The position numbers were made by a program, and so were the translations under genes. The notes under the pieces were generated by a model. The model was given only the letters and a program-made list of their open reading frames with translations, made no database searches and was not told the DNA's origin. A DNA stretch of 64,000 nucleotides, from NCBI GenBank assembly GCA_010015805.1, contig ML978134.1:1-64000 (forward strand), written 5' to 3'. Origin of the DNA: Rhizodiscina lignyota (lineage: Eukaryota). Below, one piece after another: positions 62,480 to 64,000 of the stretch. The first letter of the stretch is position 1, and the number at the start of each line of letters is the position of its first letter.

Positions 62480-62844
62480 ATGAGATACTCGCCCTCCACA
62501 TTCTAATTGACTTGTTGTAGCCCGTGTTTGAGTCCGAATCTGCCTAACGTCAACCTGTCATGAATATGAATTTCATTGACGAAGCTTCTGCGGCGTTACA
62601 CGACACTTTCCAGCCGTTGAAGTAAACCGTGTGGAAGGCGACAAAATAGGACAATTACGTACCAAGCTAAAGCGTTAGCCCGGAGTACATCAAATATGAG
62701 GGTAACACCATGCTACCAACGCAGTTCATGGATGCGGAGATGGACTATTTCGGTGCGCATGTTTACGATCAACGGAATGTTCTAGGCGAAGATCCCGGAA
62801 AACCGAAGAAAGGAGCGCATCATCATGAGTGGAAACCGGTGTAG
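62480..62844 (+). pseudogene. 6-phosphogluconate dehydrogenase C-terminal relic
   Basis: One frame reads …IDLL*PVFES…MNMNFIDEASAALHDTFQPLK*TVWKATK*DNYVPS*SVSPEYIKYEGNTMLPTQFMDAEMDYFGAHVYD…HHHEWKPV*, i.e. the DYFGAH and H.EW C-terminal 6PGD motifs with several in-frame stops. Confidence 0.8.
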
Positions 62845-63080
62845 AGACGAGCGAATGTATTCCAAATTTAGCTCGGTATACAAATACAACAAGAAGCAAC
62901 ATGGCGCAAATAATGTAGTGGAAAATTCTTCTCTTAGCGTGTCGCCATTGATCTCCACTCGCTCAAGTTAATATTTTCGTCCCTCTAGTTCGCAGTCTCA
63001 GGATCACAATCTCGCTCGTATCCCTACTTAAAAACGCTGTTCTCGGCCCTTATCCGCGAGATATGATAGCGATTCATGGA

Positions 63081-64000
63081 TCACGTCACTGTTGGCGTCA
63101 TACGGGACGACGACTCAGCAACGTTCTGTGGCCGGTACTTGTCTTTGTTACTTGGATGTGGGTCATTGAGGCGTAGTTCCTGTTCAGTAATGAGTTACAA
63201 GTTAGTAAACCAGTCCTAAGTAAACTAGACACACCTCAAAAGAGTAGCTTTCGAAACTTGGAACTACTGTGAGACACTGCATGTACTGGATCCCCCTTTT
63301 TTCACGAAGGGGTATTGTTGCAAATTTCCTTGGCTGAGAGGCACACAATAACCGAGTGGTGTTGACGTACCTTTGTCTTTGTCCTGCGAGCCACTGCCGC
63401 CGAAAGTAGCCTTAGCGCGTATTTGATGTTGGTCGCCATCACTAATTAATAACCCCCTCCCGAATGGATTGGTGTCGGAACTCTTCGAACCAAATCCTCC
63501 TCCAAACATAGCGCCGCCATTGATCTTGGAAGTGGAGTGTCCAAATTTGGGATCATTGCTATTCGAACTGATGCCTCCAAACAGGGTCGCACTGCTCTTT
63601 GGACCTCTGATTCCGGCAGAAGAGGAAAAAGGGGAAGGTGTGGAGGGAGACTTTGGGGGGTCAGCAGAGCCAAACAGGCTTGTACTGCTCTTTGGGGCGC
63701 TGCTTCCCCAAGGAGATGAAAAAGGTAAAGGTGCAGAGGGAGGCTTGGGGGGAGCAGAGCCAAACAGGCCCCCGGCAGGCGGCGAGGCACTGTTAGGCGG
63801 TCTCCCAGTACCCGAGTTGGGCGGAGATGGAGAGCTGAAGGAAGTTTTCCGAGTGGCTGAAGCGTTGCCAGAAGCAGGCTCAGAACCTGTGGAGGCTGGA
63901 TCAATCTTGAAGGCTGGCACCTCTTTTGTGCTCTGTCCAGTAGTGGTGGAGGTGTTGGCTGTGCCAAAGTTGGTCGTACCTGATCCTATTCATGAATTCA
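63081..64000 (-). CDS. FG-rich S/P/G low-complexity protein with a C-terminal GLEBS-like motif (5' end uncertain at the window edge; frameshifted)
   Basis: GLFGS, SLFGS, TLFGG, MFGGGFG, NPFG repeats; in another frame YMQCLTVVPSFESYSFE|ELRLND across intron 63180-63234. Confidence 0.5.

Noticed and set aside
63081..64000. Calling this gene NUP98/NUP145
   Set aside because: FG density is low, the GLEBS-like motif is at the C-terminal end, and no autoproteolytic domain follows.

Overview
Eukaryotic DNA from a filamentous ascomycete (Pezizomycotina-type genes; short GT-AG introns with CTAAC/CTGAC branch points). About 27 genes plus several relics, and no rRNA, tRNA, CRISPR or intact transposon that I can recognise. 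Conserved housekeeping genes (Sid1-type kinase, ERG20, CDC23, ACH1, Cu P1B-ATPase, 4CL-like CoA ligase) are interleaved with accessory genes (two HET-domain genes, an NB-ARC/TPR NLR, MFS transporters, a BVMO, hydrolases) and decaying fragments. The most interesting structure is an effector-less NB-ARC-TPR NLR lying head-to-head (about 200-340 bp apart) with a HET-domain gene, a candidate sensor/executor immune pair. Next are a co-oriented BVMO/MFS/hydrolase/PhzF block sharing a promoter motif, a frameshifted FG-rich protein with a GLEBS-like motif, and relics invisible in the ORF track (6-phosphogluconate dehydrogenase, SNF2). All family calls come from motif recognition by eye, and exon boundaries were inferred manually; no database searches were run.
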